Made by a program: the position numbers and the translations under genes. DNA of 64,000 nt, from assembly GCF_006345805.1 (NCBI RefSeq), contig NW_021833225.1:28081-92080 (forward strand). The letters run 5' to 3'. Source of the stretch: Octopus sinensis. Its lineage: Eukaryota. Shown here in pieces: positions 13,272-27,450 of the stretch. Under the pieces are notes generated by a model that was not told the DNA's origin, ran no database searches, and saw nothing but the letters and a program-made list of their open reading frames with translations. Each line of letters begins with the position of its first letter. Positions within the stretch are counted from its first letter, which is position 1.

Positions 13272-14363
13272 CGAATGTGGGATGAAAATTTCATAGGCTG
13301 ACTATAAAAGAGTGATGCAAGAGCTGTGAAATCTTGCTTGCATTAATTTCAATTCTCCTATTTAATAAATGCATTGTTTCTTTCCAGATATAATGATATC
13401 TGACTGTCCGGAGAAAACTTCAAAAATAACTATTAGCAACTTCTCTGGAAAACAGACAAAATTTGGTATCATGCTGTAATCAAGTACCTGCAGGGAAAGG
13501 TACTTTTCATGTACAGCAAATTGGCATACAAAGAATCAAATGTAGCATGTAAAAATGAAGACTGCACTGGTTTGGTTATGTGATGTATATGGATGAGAAC
13601 AGTTGCATTAAGAAATGCTGGTCATTTAAAGTGGATGGAACTTCTCAAGGACATTCATGCCGACATTATTCATGTAGACATGATACATTAAGGGTTGACA
13701 CTCCTGCCTTGTTGTCAGTACAAAAGTGGCAGCTAAATTTAGCAAGGGAAGAGATAGTCTTCAGAAAAATCATGGTTTGGATGTCCTGCAGCTGCTGCTG
13801 CCACCACGGAAAACATTGTGTTCATCACATAATGATGAATGATTGGCGATTGACTATAACTTAAATACCCAGTGCTATTAGTATATCCTGTGAGAGTTGA
13901 GATATTCTGCAAAATGAACATAGCATGATGAAGGTTTCTGCTCGCTGAGTGTCACATGTTCTGACACCTGATCAAAAATGCATCAGGTTGATCACATGAG
14001 AACATCTGACATTGAGGTGGATCCAGCACGTTTCCTTGATTGTTTCCTAACCCAGGATGTTTTTGGGTTCATCACATTGAGCCAGAGACAAAGAAGCAAT
14101 CCATGCAAGTGGAAAGAAACACCTCTCTTCACCTGTTCCACTGAATGACAAGGTTGTTTCATCTAGAGAAGGTTATGGCCCGGATTTTTTGGAATATAAA
14201 AGACGTTGTGCTTATTGACTGTCTTCATAAGGGTCACACTTTCAATGGAGAGTGCTATGCCAACTTGCTAAGGCAGTTACGAAAGACTACTAAGACCAAA
14301 AGCCCAGGAAGACTGATGAAGAGGGCCGTGTTTCATCAGGAGAATGCTCCAGCACACAGGTCC
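13272..14363 (+). mobile_element. mariner transposon, 3'-truncated, with a 140-bp foreign insert
   Basis: TIR-like start TA|cgaatgtgggatgaaaatttcataggctgac. Transposase remnants include KVMARIFWNIKDVVLIDCL...FHQENAPAH (ORF 14145-14420). Confidence 0.8.
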
Positions 14364-14369
14364 TATTCA

Positions 14370-14682
14370 GTCGACCCCCATAATAAAAACATTATTATTA
14401 TACTTCTGTTTTGGTATTAAGAATGAAAAGTCTATCTTGTCCGTAGAAACTTTTGGACTTTGCTTTGCACACCCCAAGCAAATTTAGTTCCTGGTCACTG
14501 GATTAGTGTCTAATGGCGTCACTGAGCTAATGTATGCATATACAGACTTGAGACGGATGTGTCTGTATGTATGTCACACACATCCGTCTGAAGACTGTAT
14601 ACGCATCGTAGCACAGTATCTCTAATGTACATATGCACGCACACACAAACACGATTTATAACTTTTAGGCGGATGTAAACAG

Positions 14683-14733
<51 letters not shown>

Positions 14734-16730
14734 TGTACCTACACAATTGTGCCCCACCACCGATTTGTTTCCTCATAACTTACTTTTTCGAATGAAATGC
14801 TTTACAATTGGGATTCAGAAGGTGTAGATTTCGATTATATTGAAACTTGTTGCGAAAAAGTTTTTCCGAGTGTCGGGAGAGCAGTTTCGGAAAATTTATA
14901 CGAGTTGGCTTTGTTTCTACCTAACTTTCAGTAAAATAGATTTTTCGTTTAGGAAATTTTCTATAAATACCTTTCAAATAGTGTATATTACGATTGTATC
15001 GAATTTAAAATGAAAGAGTAATTGGCGGTCTCGCACAAATACACACTGATATAAATCACAAAATGAAACTCGAAAGTTCAATAAGAATTGTGATGTTTGT
15101 CATTATAAATGGGAGCAAGCCCACATCTTTTTATTTTCTTTTACATATTAAATTCCAATACAAACATAATCTACACTATCTGAATGGTGTTTATAGAAAA
15201 TTTCATTAAAAAAGGGAAAAAATGTCCAGTTTCCTGAAAGGTATGAGAAAACAAAACAGACTTTTGTGAATTTTCGGAAACTCTCCTCCCCACCTTCGAG
15301 AAATTTTTTTCTATAACTAATGCCGATATAACTAGAATCTACAACATCTGAAGTATATTTATAACATCTCATTAAAAGATATCAATTTTTCAGGACGTGA
15401 CGCGGAAACAAATCGGGTAGATGGTGGTGAGGACAAACACGGGTAAATTACCAAAACAAACACGTAGGTATGACACACACATGTGTGTGTCACCTTGTCT
15501 TTCGAATTATTAAAACAAAATTCAAGTCTTACAGTTTTGTTGTGTGATATGCAGCGGTTGAAAGGAGTTTTGCAAACACCACTACAAGTTTCCGTGTGAG
15601 TGTGTGTGTGTTAAAGTATATAAATGTGTTTAGATAGACATATATATGTTTCAAATAATACATGTAACTCCTACAAAATGTGTTGAGAGCCCTTTTTTTT
15701 CGTTTGTCCACTAACTCGTGTGTGTGTGTGTATAATTGATATACATATATCGTCAGTAAATCATAAATGCGAAGAAGCACTCTCTCTCTCTCTCTCTACA
15801 TATATATATATATATATATATGAATGTATAGAGATAATATATATATATATGTATTATCGGATAACAATAAAAAAAATTATCAACGTGTGTCTACACATTT
15901 TATGCGTGCATGTTTACATAAGCTACTGTGCTTTTTGTGAGGCGCTTAAATAGACATAAAACCTCCAAATTTAAACCGAATATGAACTTCTGTAGTTGGA
16001 CAGTTGAAATTATAAAGCAAGTTGTGTTTTCTTGTATTCAAGCTTTAGATGAATATTAAACATTTACTTACCGGCAACAATGATATCCTTACATTTACAT
16101 TATATAGTGTAAACGCGGATGTAAAACTTAAACCAAGCCCGTTTAGAAGATCAGAATATATTTTTACCTTGCTTATCGACAACTTTTAGGACAACCAATT
16201 GTTTTGTTGTCTACTTATCTCTCTCTCTCTCTCTCTCTCTCTCTTACCCTCACTATAACTATCGTTCTATTATCGTCTAACCAATTAGGTTATGTAGATA
16301 AATAAGCTGAAAGCATTTCAATGTTGTATGTCCGTTTAGACTCTTCTACTTTCGCTTCCTTCTTTTTTTTCTCTGTGTAATTTATTCTTCTCTCTTTCTT
16401 CTACTCTATTTTCACTTCCATTCCACCGTATAAAGAATGAAACCATTCATCACAGAGAGAGGGGGTGAAGAGAGAGACAGCGGTTATAAATTGTTTTCTT
16501 TGTCTCCCTAATTCTTGGCTTTAGTTTTGGCTCTCTAATTTCGATTTTGTTCACCTCCACCCACCTCTTTCTCATTTTCAGGAGTTATTCTTTTTACACT
16601 ATCCCCAACTCCGCATCTCAAAGTTGGCTCTCGTTTATTAAACATCGTTCCTCTGAGCTTGGGTTACCTTCAGACAGTTCTGCACCGTGAAAGCCACCAT
16701 CATCTTCATCATCGTTATCATCACCATCAT
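14370..16730. promoter_or_regulatory. CpG-retaining island, putative promoter/first-exon region
   Basis: Non-repetitive and visibly rich in CpG relative to the CpG-depleted flanks. Contains GACGTGACGCGGAA at ~15395 and splice-donor-like sites on both strands. Confidence 0.4.
14534..14606. ncRNA. Candidate pre-miRNA-like hairpin
   Basis: 29-nt arms with 26/29 complementarity and a 15-nt loop. Structure only; there is no expression evidence. Confidence 0.3.
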
Positions 16731-17529
16731 GATCATCATTTTACATCTGTCTTCCATGCTGTTATTGGCTGGACGTGTCTTGCTGTGGAGGAGATATATG
16801 GCTATTCCAACTGAAAAGGGAGAAAATATGGTGGTGATGAGATGTCAGAGCATATCTTCAAGAGACAGGGGACAAGGAGGGGTGGATGAGTAAGTTCACA
16901 AGTGAATGAAAGGGGAAGGACGAATGGTTCGAGATGGAGATAGAGATGAAATGTAGTGGATGGTGAACATGGATAAAAGCAATCAATTGCGAATTTCAGT
17001 TTGGAAAGAAGTGAAGGAAAATAGGAATGGATCGGGGAAGATGAGGTGATAAGTGGCAATACTTAAAGGGTCAGTTGTGGAGAGAAATAGAGGAGTGGTG
17101 TGAAGTGTGTGGAGTTGGGGAAAGAGGTAAGTACTGTACAGAGGTACATAAAGATCAAAACGGTGAGTAACAAACAAAGGTGGGAAAGCCCAACAATAGC
17201 TGATGTGTGAATGTGTTTGGGGTTAATGGGGCATTCAGTGGAAAATATAGTGGTGAAAGATGACATTGCAAATAAAAGATGGTTGACAAGGGAAGTGATT
17301 CCAAGTAGAAATGGTTCCAAAAACAAAAGTTGGATGAACTATGTGCAGTTTTGTTCTCATATGATTATAGTAGTTGCATAAATAGTGCCATAATTGAGTG
17401 ATGGAGGAGCTGATATTATAAAGAAAGTTGTAGGGAAGGTTTGATTGGGACAGATTTCTTGTGGGATTATAGGCATATACAATATGCTTTTAGAATCTTG
17501 ATTTTTGGCGAGATAGAAAGGTTTTCTTG

Positions 17530-18130
17530 AGCACAGCAAGTCACCAGTCATCTCTGTTTATATCATCTCTTGCATGAGGCTCAATATCATGAAATTGATT
17601 TTCTTTATGTCATCCCATATCTTCCTGGGTTTCCCTCTTCCATAAATTCCATCCACATTTAGCAATCAGCACATCTTTATGCAGCTGTCCTCATCAATGT
17701 GCATCACATTACCATACCATTGCAGTCTTCTCCCTTGCACACTTCACCAGGTGGCTCTTATGCCCAATTTTTCTCTGAACAGATTTCCTCTTTGCAGTAT
17801 ATTGCCTTTTGACATGGCACATCTGGTAAAGCATGCTAATTTCATTTCTTTGTAATCTTAACATGTCTTCTGCTTTCATGGACTATGTTTCACTACCATG
17901 TAACATTGCTTGTCATGTACACTATCAGTCTGAGAGAGACACTTTGATATCAACAGAGGTAATAGCTCTCAGAACTTTCTTCAGTCACTTCTAATTTTAG
18001 CAACTGTGCTTTCAGAACATCCTACTCCTCTACTAATTAGGTCATCTAGTTAACTGCAACTACCTTCTATCTATAAGTAGATTAAATGCACTTGAACCCA
18101 GGTAGTACAATCATAGCTCACTTTGAGGGA
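17530..18130 (-). mobile_element. RTE LINE RT C-terminal fragment, decayed
   Basis: Reverse-complement similarity to 60540-61050 (for example accataccattgcagtcttctc). Confidence 0.75.
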
Positions 18131-18233
18131 ACATCAACCCACTGGAAAGAATGGATCCAAATGTATCACATTAACAAAATATGGAATATTTACTACTGAA
18201 ATAAATGTGATTGCTTTGAATCACAAGTGATTG

Positions 18234-19002
<769 letters not shown>

Positions 19003-19010
19003 GTGTGTGT

Positions 19011-19314
19011 GGAGGCGCAATGGCCTAGTGGTCAGGGCAGCGGATTCGCGATCGCAGGATCGCGGTTTTGATTCCCAGACCGGGCGTTGTGTGTGTTTAT
19101 TGAGCGAAAACAGCTAAAAGCTCCACGAGGATCCGGCAGGGGGTGGTGATCCCTGCTGTACTCTTTCACCACTCTCTCTCCCACTCTTTCTTCTGTTGGC
19201 CTGCTCGCTTAGCCAGCGGGTTGGCATCATTCGAAGGCTAAAACAATGCGAACACATTGTGACCAGCGATGTGTAACAACATCTGATGGTCTGGTCGATC
19301 ATGTGATCACGTGA
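19011..19314 (+). mobile_element. tRNA-derived SINE, young
   Basis: A box TGGCCTAGTGG (19021-19031), B-box-like GGTTTTGATTCC (19064-19075), CpGs retained, (TA)n on both sides. Confidence 0.85.
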
Positions 19315-20327
19315 TATATATATATATATATATATATCACCCACAAGGAGACTAATGAGCAAAGTAATTACTATATATAATGAAAAATAAAGGCATTAGA
19401 GGAGCAATGCATACCCAGTGTGCAAATAATTTTTTCATAAATTATAGTGTGGCTCACAATGCACTGCTTGCCCATGCTTTTTAAACTGAAGTGAAATAAT
19501 TTTTTTTAAGTATCACCATTATAGGTATTTATACTCCAGTGAAATTAAGAAATCAACTTATCTATAAATGAAACCCTCAACTCTATCAGTGTACACACTC
19601 ACACATGCACATACACATACACACGCACATACATACACACAATTACATATCTAAGTATGTATTTGTGTATGTGCCCACACATATCTATGTGCATAGGTAC
19701 ACCATGAATTATACACATGCAGAAGAGGGTGATTCATATGAAAAAGAAAGTGAGCAAAATAATATGACCACTTCTCAGGAAATTTGAAAGGTTGATTTAA
19801 AAAAAAAAATTAAGTATCACCATTACACAAACACAGACACACACACACACAGACACAGACACACACACACATACACACACATACACACACATACACACAT
19901 ACAGTCACATATTTATGTATGTATGTATGTATGCACACGTGTCTACATGCATAGTTACACCATGACCTATACACATGCAGACGAGGGTCAATTCATATGA
20001 AAAAGAAAGTGAACAAAATAATACGACTGTTTACTTATCGGGAAATTTGTAAGTTCAATTTAAAAAAACAGGGGGGGGTGTCAGATAATCAAACCAGTCA
20101 TTCATCATTTTGAACTACTCACCCAGTGAGTATTTCTACCAAATGTAGTGAAAATTCATTCAGCCATTTTCCAGTAATTTTACAAACACACAGACAAACA
20201 GAAAAAGGCAAGTGATTACAATACCCTGCTTTCACTTATGCGTGCAGGGTAATGTTGAGAAATAATGATTGTCTTAAAAAGTGCTGAAAAAGAAAGCCTA
20301 CAGGAAATATAGGTTAACATACTTATA

Positions 20328-20882
20328 CAGTGATTCCTCGCTTCTTCACGGTTCAACTATTGCGGATTCATGACTTTGCAGATTTTTAAAATATATATAT
20401 ATGAACACCTAAAATTTTTCATTGCTCTTTGAACAGAAAAAGAAGCAGCAGCAGCAACTTCCTATCACAATGTTTTTGCAGCCTCGCAAAAAAGAGCCAG
20501 CTCCCGCTACTACTACTGTTGCACCTTCGGAAGAAGTGGAAGAGATGTCCCAGGAAAGGGCACCGCCGTCAGCTTCATCATCATCATTTCTACTGCGCAG
20601 CAAATTCATCACTATCATCATTCAAATTTAACTTCAACTTCTTTCGTTTTGAGTACAGTAACAATCTTTATTTTTTTAAAATCTAAAGTGTTATTGCTTA
20701 ACAATTGTCCTTGTTATTAATAGACTACTGTAATGGGAGGGTTGTTAACAGTACAGGGAGGGTTTTAAAAGTCCAAATACACATTAAATAAATACTGTAA
20801 ATTTGGTGTCCCTACTTTGCAGAAATTCAGTTATCGCGGCCGGTCTTGGAACCAATCTACCACAAAAAATGAGGGATCACTG
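20328..20882 (+). mobile_element. Internally deleted pogo/Tigger-like DNA transposon
   Basis: TA|CAGTGATTCCTC ... GAGGGATCACTG|TA (11/12 TIR match, TA TSD). Retains a transposase-like C-terminal tail (ORF 20422-20631). Confidence 0.8.
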
Positions 20883-21224
20883 TATACATGCCAGTAGGTG
20901 TATCATAAATAGATACACATGAACCTAGGCAGTATAGTCTTATTTCATCTATGTGATATATTTTGTCACTGAGAATGCAGATAGACTCGACAAGTTGTGG
21001 TGCTATAGCTTTATGTCTGAAATAAATAGGAAGAATAATCATCAAATACATCACATAAACATTAGACATCTTGATATTTTGGTAACTATTCAACTCTGAA
21101 CCACTGTTGAACTGAAGAGAGTTACTCATTTAGCCACATGTAGTTGTTGATCCAAACATGAATGCATACATATGTACATAAGTACAGATGCACAAGCAAA
21201 CACACTTATGCATGCATGCACGCA

Positions 21225-21310
21225 TACATACATACATACATACATACATACATACATACATACATACATACATACATACATACATACATACATACATACA
21301 TACATACATA
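21225..21310. repeat. (TACA)n microsatellite
   Basis: Direct inspection. Confidence 0.97.
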
Positions 21311-21399
21311 CAGTCATGCATATCATGGCATTCATTACAGATATGTTGGTAATGTGGACTATTCATTTTCATGGATAATGTTTATTAACCCCAATAGTT

Positions 21400-24330
21400 T
21401 TTGCCATTAATACAAGCCTGGGAAAAGAAATGCTAATCTTCTTTGAGTAAATGCAAAGAAACAACCTTTTTTGAAAAGGTTGTAGTATAAATCAAACAGT
21501 GAAGTACATACCACATGAAATGTTGCTATACATACACCATGTTGATGAAAAAACCTGGAGTCAACTATTGCATGTTGTGAAACTATTGAGAAACATTGCA
21601 GTGAACTTTTAAATTGAACCAAGACCTATACCAGTTCTATAGAGAAGCTACAGAAGCTCCCTCAATAGGCTACATGAGGAGACTTAAAGAATATTTGGAT
21701 AGGAAATACCCAACACTCTCAAATTTTTCAGAGAAACATTTGCACCAGCAATCTACATGTATTGCAAAGAAATATGCCATCCCACTAAGCAAAATCACCC
21801 AGCCAAAATGCACAAATGATAATACTTGTATTAATGGCACAGTAAACTTTTCTCCACTAAGAAACTGTGAATAACAAGAAACACAAACCAAGACAAACAC
21901 AACAACAAACTGCTACCACTACACAAACAAGTGGCAGCCACATATGATCTCACATAAACAAGTAAGGAATATAAAATAGTAAAATCACAGCTTGCATCAA
22001 AGTTCAAACAAAACTTTACTTCTTACATACATAAGGCACAATATGACAGAATGATACCGACACAAGATTTGGGAAAACCAATCGACCTGATGTTATCACT
22101 GATCAACAAAGTTGTAAGGGAACAAGTAGCTCAAATTCAAGCTCCCAGTTTTGGACAATAAATATCCTGCTATATTGTACTGCAGTAACTGTGTACAAAG
22201 GGATGGGAGTAAAAGAGCTCAATCCAAAAAATAATACTGAGCCAAAATGGATTACCAGCTTCCAGAATAACATCAATGTATTCAGGAAAAAGATAGAACT
22301 GTTGGACACTATCATCAAATATATAACTAAAAATTAATTCATTTTAGATTTTCTAGATACAATAGATTCTCCAAACTGTATGGGAATTGCTGTCAAGAAA
22401 CACTCACAAGCAAACTGATTACCATTAAACACAATCTACAAGCAGTAAGTGAAAAACTTTCTTACTGTAAAAAATTACATGCACGCAAAATGATAAATCA
22501 AAAGTTTGTCTGAAACCCACAAGCTGCATATGGCTGTATGAAAGGTGATACCACCAAGGTAGTAAATGCTCTTCCCCAGGAGATATAGACTCATTCAGGT
22601 GGAGAATCAGTAATGTAAACTAAAAACACAAGCTTGACACAGCATGAACTACAAGGTGAGTATTGTGTAAATGCCTCTCCCAAAATATATAATGTCACCA
22701 GTGAAACACAATCTGGTTTATTGTGGTTATTATAAAACTGCTGAATGGAAAATCACTAGGGATCTGATAGTGGGCTAGTGGTACAAAAAGTTAATGTTTT
22801 ACCAGAAAATTCTTCTGACTATGTTAAAAAACAATGAACACTGAGCTAGATATATACCAGATCAGCTGACGTTTGCATGGACTATTCTTATCCCCCAAAA
22901 CAAAGAGACTCACATGACCAAACACTCTAGCTCATAGCATGCTTGCATGTTATGTACAAACTGTACACGGTGTTAAAGACAACTGTCAAACAAATAGTGT
23001 TGATAACTGATGAACAAGCAGGTGGAAAGGAAGGAGTCTGGGACTGTATTGAACAGTTCCACCTCAACAAAACTGTCCTTAAAGAAGCCAAGCAGCATCT
23101 CCATAATTTCTTCTCAATATGGATAGACTACAAGAAGACTACAGAATAACAAAAGAGTACTTTTGTAGAGTCCAGAAAATATGGAACTCAACACTCTAGA
23201 TTTAACAAAACTATATCTCATAATGCTTTTGCAATGCTAGTGCTGGTACCAATATGTAAGATATTGGACTGGACACTTGATGAGATCCACAGCCTGGGCA
23301 TCAAAACTTCTTCATTAATAGCAACATTGATAGGATCTATGTGAGACGAGATGATGGCAGTTGAGGTATAAGTTCAGTTCAAACAGCCTTTGACTTTCAC
23401 ATTTTATCAGTCAGACAACACCTGCTGAACAATAAAGTAAGAAATGAATACATTTCATGTATACTCATAAGTGAGAGCAACAACATCTTCTGAGTTGTAG
23501 AACAACTGTGCTGGTATTCTGAGAATACAACTGTCTCATGTGACTCGAAGGAGGCTGGACTGGCTTTCCTAAAAAAGCAGCTTGGAGGAGAAACAGGGAT
23601 CATACCAGAAAAAAGCAATACATAGGTACATATACCTTAAGCTAGATGATAACAGCAGGATTGACAGAAAGATTTGCCTCTCCTGGACCTGTGATAGATA
23701 CATTACTTCCTACCTGGAAGGATATGCCTTTGCTATCCAGGAACAGGTGATAATATCTAAATATCTGATAAACAAGAGAAACAAAGATACCATCAAACCT
23801 CCACATTGTGGGAGAAAATATCCACTCTGCTATACCAGTATGGAAGATATCACCCACATCATCAGTAACTCCCCCAAAATGTTTACAAGATACTACTTGG
23901 TCCTGAGATATGACATAGCTGCAAAGACTATTTACAATGCCATCTGCATGTAGGATTGCTCAGATTTATACATCAAAGGCATGTTAAAAGCAGCATGTAT
24001 TTTACACCTTTAAAAACAAGAAATACTGGTAGAACACTCCAAACAGCAATTCAGTGCAAACATAACAGAGCTGTTATCTTTCTGTAGGACATAGAACAAA
24101 ATTCATGCACTGTCATTGAGGTTAGCTGCCTAGTGGATGTGAATGTACCATTAAAAGACCTGGAAGAAGGGAACATTTATGGTAAATTAATGCAGAACTT
24201 AAAAGCTCTTGTACTCTAACTTTGAATCCTCCTTTATTCCAAGCATCATAGCTATGTCCCTACAAATTTACACAAAAACCTAGAAATACTAGTTATTTTG
24301 AAAAAAGAGCAAAAGAAACTATTAGTGGCA
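21400..24330 (+). mobile_element. Decayed R4/Dong-like non-LTR retrotransposon (RT, zinc knuckle, restriction-like endonuclease)
   Basis: EQAGGKEGVWDC...IWIDYKK (ORF 22943), EGYAFAIQEQVI...EDITHIISNSPKM...RYDIAAK (ORF 23582), and a decayed HNR..D...TVIEVSC RLE region near 24060-24140. Confidence 0.8.
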
Positions 24331-25349
24331 CAAGGAAGATTTGAGTGTGTTCATTGACTGCTCAACCAACACACTAACACAACCACATATTTACAAACAC
24401 CAGGAACTCTTTTGATTCAAAATGTTTTGCCACGTTGTTAGCAACAGACGTGAACTCTTTTAAGAATAACTTAAATAAAACTCAAACAAAAACATATATA
24501 CATATATACATGCTTACACAGACACACACACACACACACACACACGCGCGCGCACGCACACAATACTTGCTGAGAGCTGTTGCACAATTGGCCTGGGAGA
24601 AAGAATATTCACTAAATATATGATGAATACTCTCACCAAAATGAATGCCATAATTATCAGCCTCATTAAATGATTCATTATTCTCCTGATTATATACACT
24701 GAAAAAACATTTTATTCACAGTTGTAGTTTAATTCACATTAAACTTGAATTTACCACACTTTAATTCACTTTAAACTTGAATTTACCACACAGAAATCCA
24801 TTACAAACAGCATCACTAGAAATGACAAATTAAAAGTAACTAAAGAAGAGCTGAAACAGGACATGGAGAGATGTAAACAAAATCTTTTCAGTTGTTGTTA
24901 CAGAAGGAATCATAATTAATAAAACGTATTCTACTTGGAGTTATAAAACTTAATAATGATCTACTTAAAATGGCAAAAGAAGATCCTTTTTGACTATATG
25001 AAAACAATGAAATCATACTGCAATGAACTTCGTACAGAACTAAATTATTTCAAATAGAATAATTATGATAACAAGGAACATTTTTGTTGAGTGCAAACAG
25101 GTATTTGTTTACAGTCATTTTTTTCTGAAAAATTACGAGTATAATTTTTTTCCTCAAAATGTAAACACTGTACAAATAACACCATTTGGATATTCTCCCA
25201 CATCAGGCGTGCATTCAGTAACAAACCAGGCCTCTACTACAACTATGCTGCCCTAAGAGTCAGGTTCACCATTCTACTACCAATATACTATTATTTACCC
25301 AAACTGACTGTCCTCAATATGCTGTCAGAAAACCTAATAACAACATTGA

Positions 25350-27450
25350 GGATGAAAAATATACTGAGCTGGAAGAGTAAGGAGTATAGACACTTGCAAT
25401 GTTGTCTCTGTGAAATCTCTCAAGAGAGAATTACTTCATTTCTTAATACTCCACCTTCAGAAAAGATCTTATCTAACTAACATAAATAAAAAAAGCATTA
25501 ATTCTAATGGTGCTTAAAAATAATCAAGGGAGAATATTAATAAAGTGTAAAGAGCTCTTATTTTGGCAAATTATTACTTGTTTATATACCCTCTCAACAA
25601 CTGCAATGTAGCACCTTAGACATACTGAAAAATTAAAGGATTTGGGAAGAAAATAAAAGGATGGTTGATTTATGGAGAACTATCAGTTAAGGGGCATTGT
25701 GTATCACATGCAAACAAATACTACACTTACATCTAGCAAAGAATGAAAAATAAAGTAGAAACAATGTTCGGAGATAATAAAAAGAGAGAACATTTATATA
25801 CAAATTAATTGCCCTTAAATAGGAACTAAAAGTTGTCAGTGAAAAATTCTGGCATCAGTAAAAAGCAGTTGAAATAAAAAAGATTAACATGAAATTTAAT
25901 TGAAACTAGTCAGCAGTTTATAGAAATATGAGAGGACAATGGATAAATGTCACATTGCTTCTTTCTTGTGAAGATGAGTCATTCTGGAAAAAAATCTGGA
26001 GTCAGGAAAAGGAGTTTAATCCAAAGAGTGTAGAGTGGTTAGAAGAAATCTGAAACAAATATTGTCTCTGTATTAGACAAAAGGAATACAACATCAAAAA
26101 TGAGACTTTCAACATGGTTATTCAAAAGCTTCAGGATAGGGAAGCATCAGGAAGGACCCAGTTATCAGAGACTAGTACAAAAAAACTGAACTTCTGTCAG
26201 AAGAATTCCATTGATGTTTACTTGTAAGCTCTCAGTGGTAGAGACAAAACAAAACTGACATCCAAAAGCAATGCTACTTGCATGGTGAAAATTACCAACC
26301 AATTACATGCCAGAATCTTATGTATAAAACCTATATAGCTTACCTGAACTTATGCTTTCAAGAAATTCTGGTAGCTATAATATCACAGCTGGACAAGCAG
26401 CTGAGAAGAAAGAATTTGGGAAGTGTCAAACAGCTCTTGATTATTATGATATCAAATATGTAGTGAACTTGGTCATATTCTGGCTAGATTTCAAGAAACA
26501 TTCAATTCTGTTCTCAACTCATAGATGCTAGAATCCCTTCACCTTGTTAAAGTTTCAGATACTATTATTAAGGTCATAAAGAACCTAACTTTATTCTGGG
26601 TCACAATTCTGAAGTTGATTACATTGACCCCCAAGGAAGTGGCCCTATTGAGATATATTGCAAGATTAGAGCCTCTCAATAATCAACTTGTCACTTACCT
26701 GAAGGAAATTTGATGGTTATGCAAATTGGCTCACAGGAAGTTAGAAAAAAACCAATCCAACAATTTGTTTCTTTGTGGATGATCTGATAGAATATACCAA
26801 GAATATGAATGGTATGAAGAAATGCCTTAGCCTGGTTATGACGTTCATGCAAAAGATACAGGAATATTAAGCCAGTCAAAAGAAAATATTGTCCTCTGCA
26901 TTTTATGTGCACAATAAATCATTACCCCAAATATGCTAACTGTACCGGTACGCATATCAACATTTGGACTTCTTAACTAGATGTTAGATAAGATCTGGAT
27001 TATTGAGGCTAAAGTCGCCAAATTGTTAATTTATAAAAAAAAACTGACATAGACTACTTTTACTTAAAATAAAATTAAAGCAGCAGAGACATCAATTTAA
27101 ACAGCATTTGAATGTCACATCATATCCCTTCAACAGCTTCTACTGACCACCAGATGTTGAAATTTGGCTATGGAGCATGGCTACATATACGAGGTAGATA
27201 ACATCATAATAGTTTGAAAGGAGCTTTTCAGAAAGTATTCCCTGACCTATGATCAGGGATACACACCCAGAGAAGTTGAATAACTCTAATGGATATGCTT
27301 TTGCAACTCTAGAATCAGAAATAACAACTACTTGAGGATAAAATTCACAAAACGGATACAGATGCAAGTGAACCACCCAGATCATTAATAAAAATCTATA
27401 GAAAGGATAATCCTGAAGATACAAATATAAGAAGCTACTGAGATATGGAG
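25350..27450 (+). mobile_element. Second, heavily decayed R4/Dong-like LINE fragment
   Basis: WLDFKK at ~26481, FFVDDL at ~26768, GYAFATLESEI at ~27290. Confidence 0.65.

Noticed and set aside
19011-19085. tRNA gene
   Set aside because: The A/B boxes are followed by a SINE body and there is no complete cloverleaf.
20422-20631. Host gene with a poly-Q tract
   Set aside because: It lies within Tigger-like TIRs and reads as a transposase tail.
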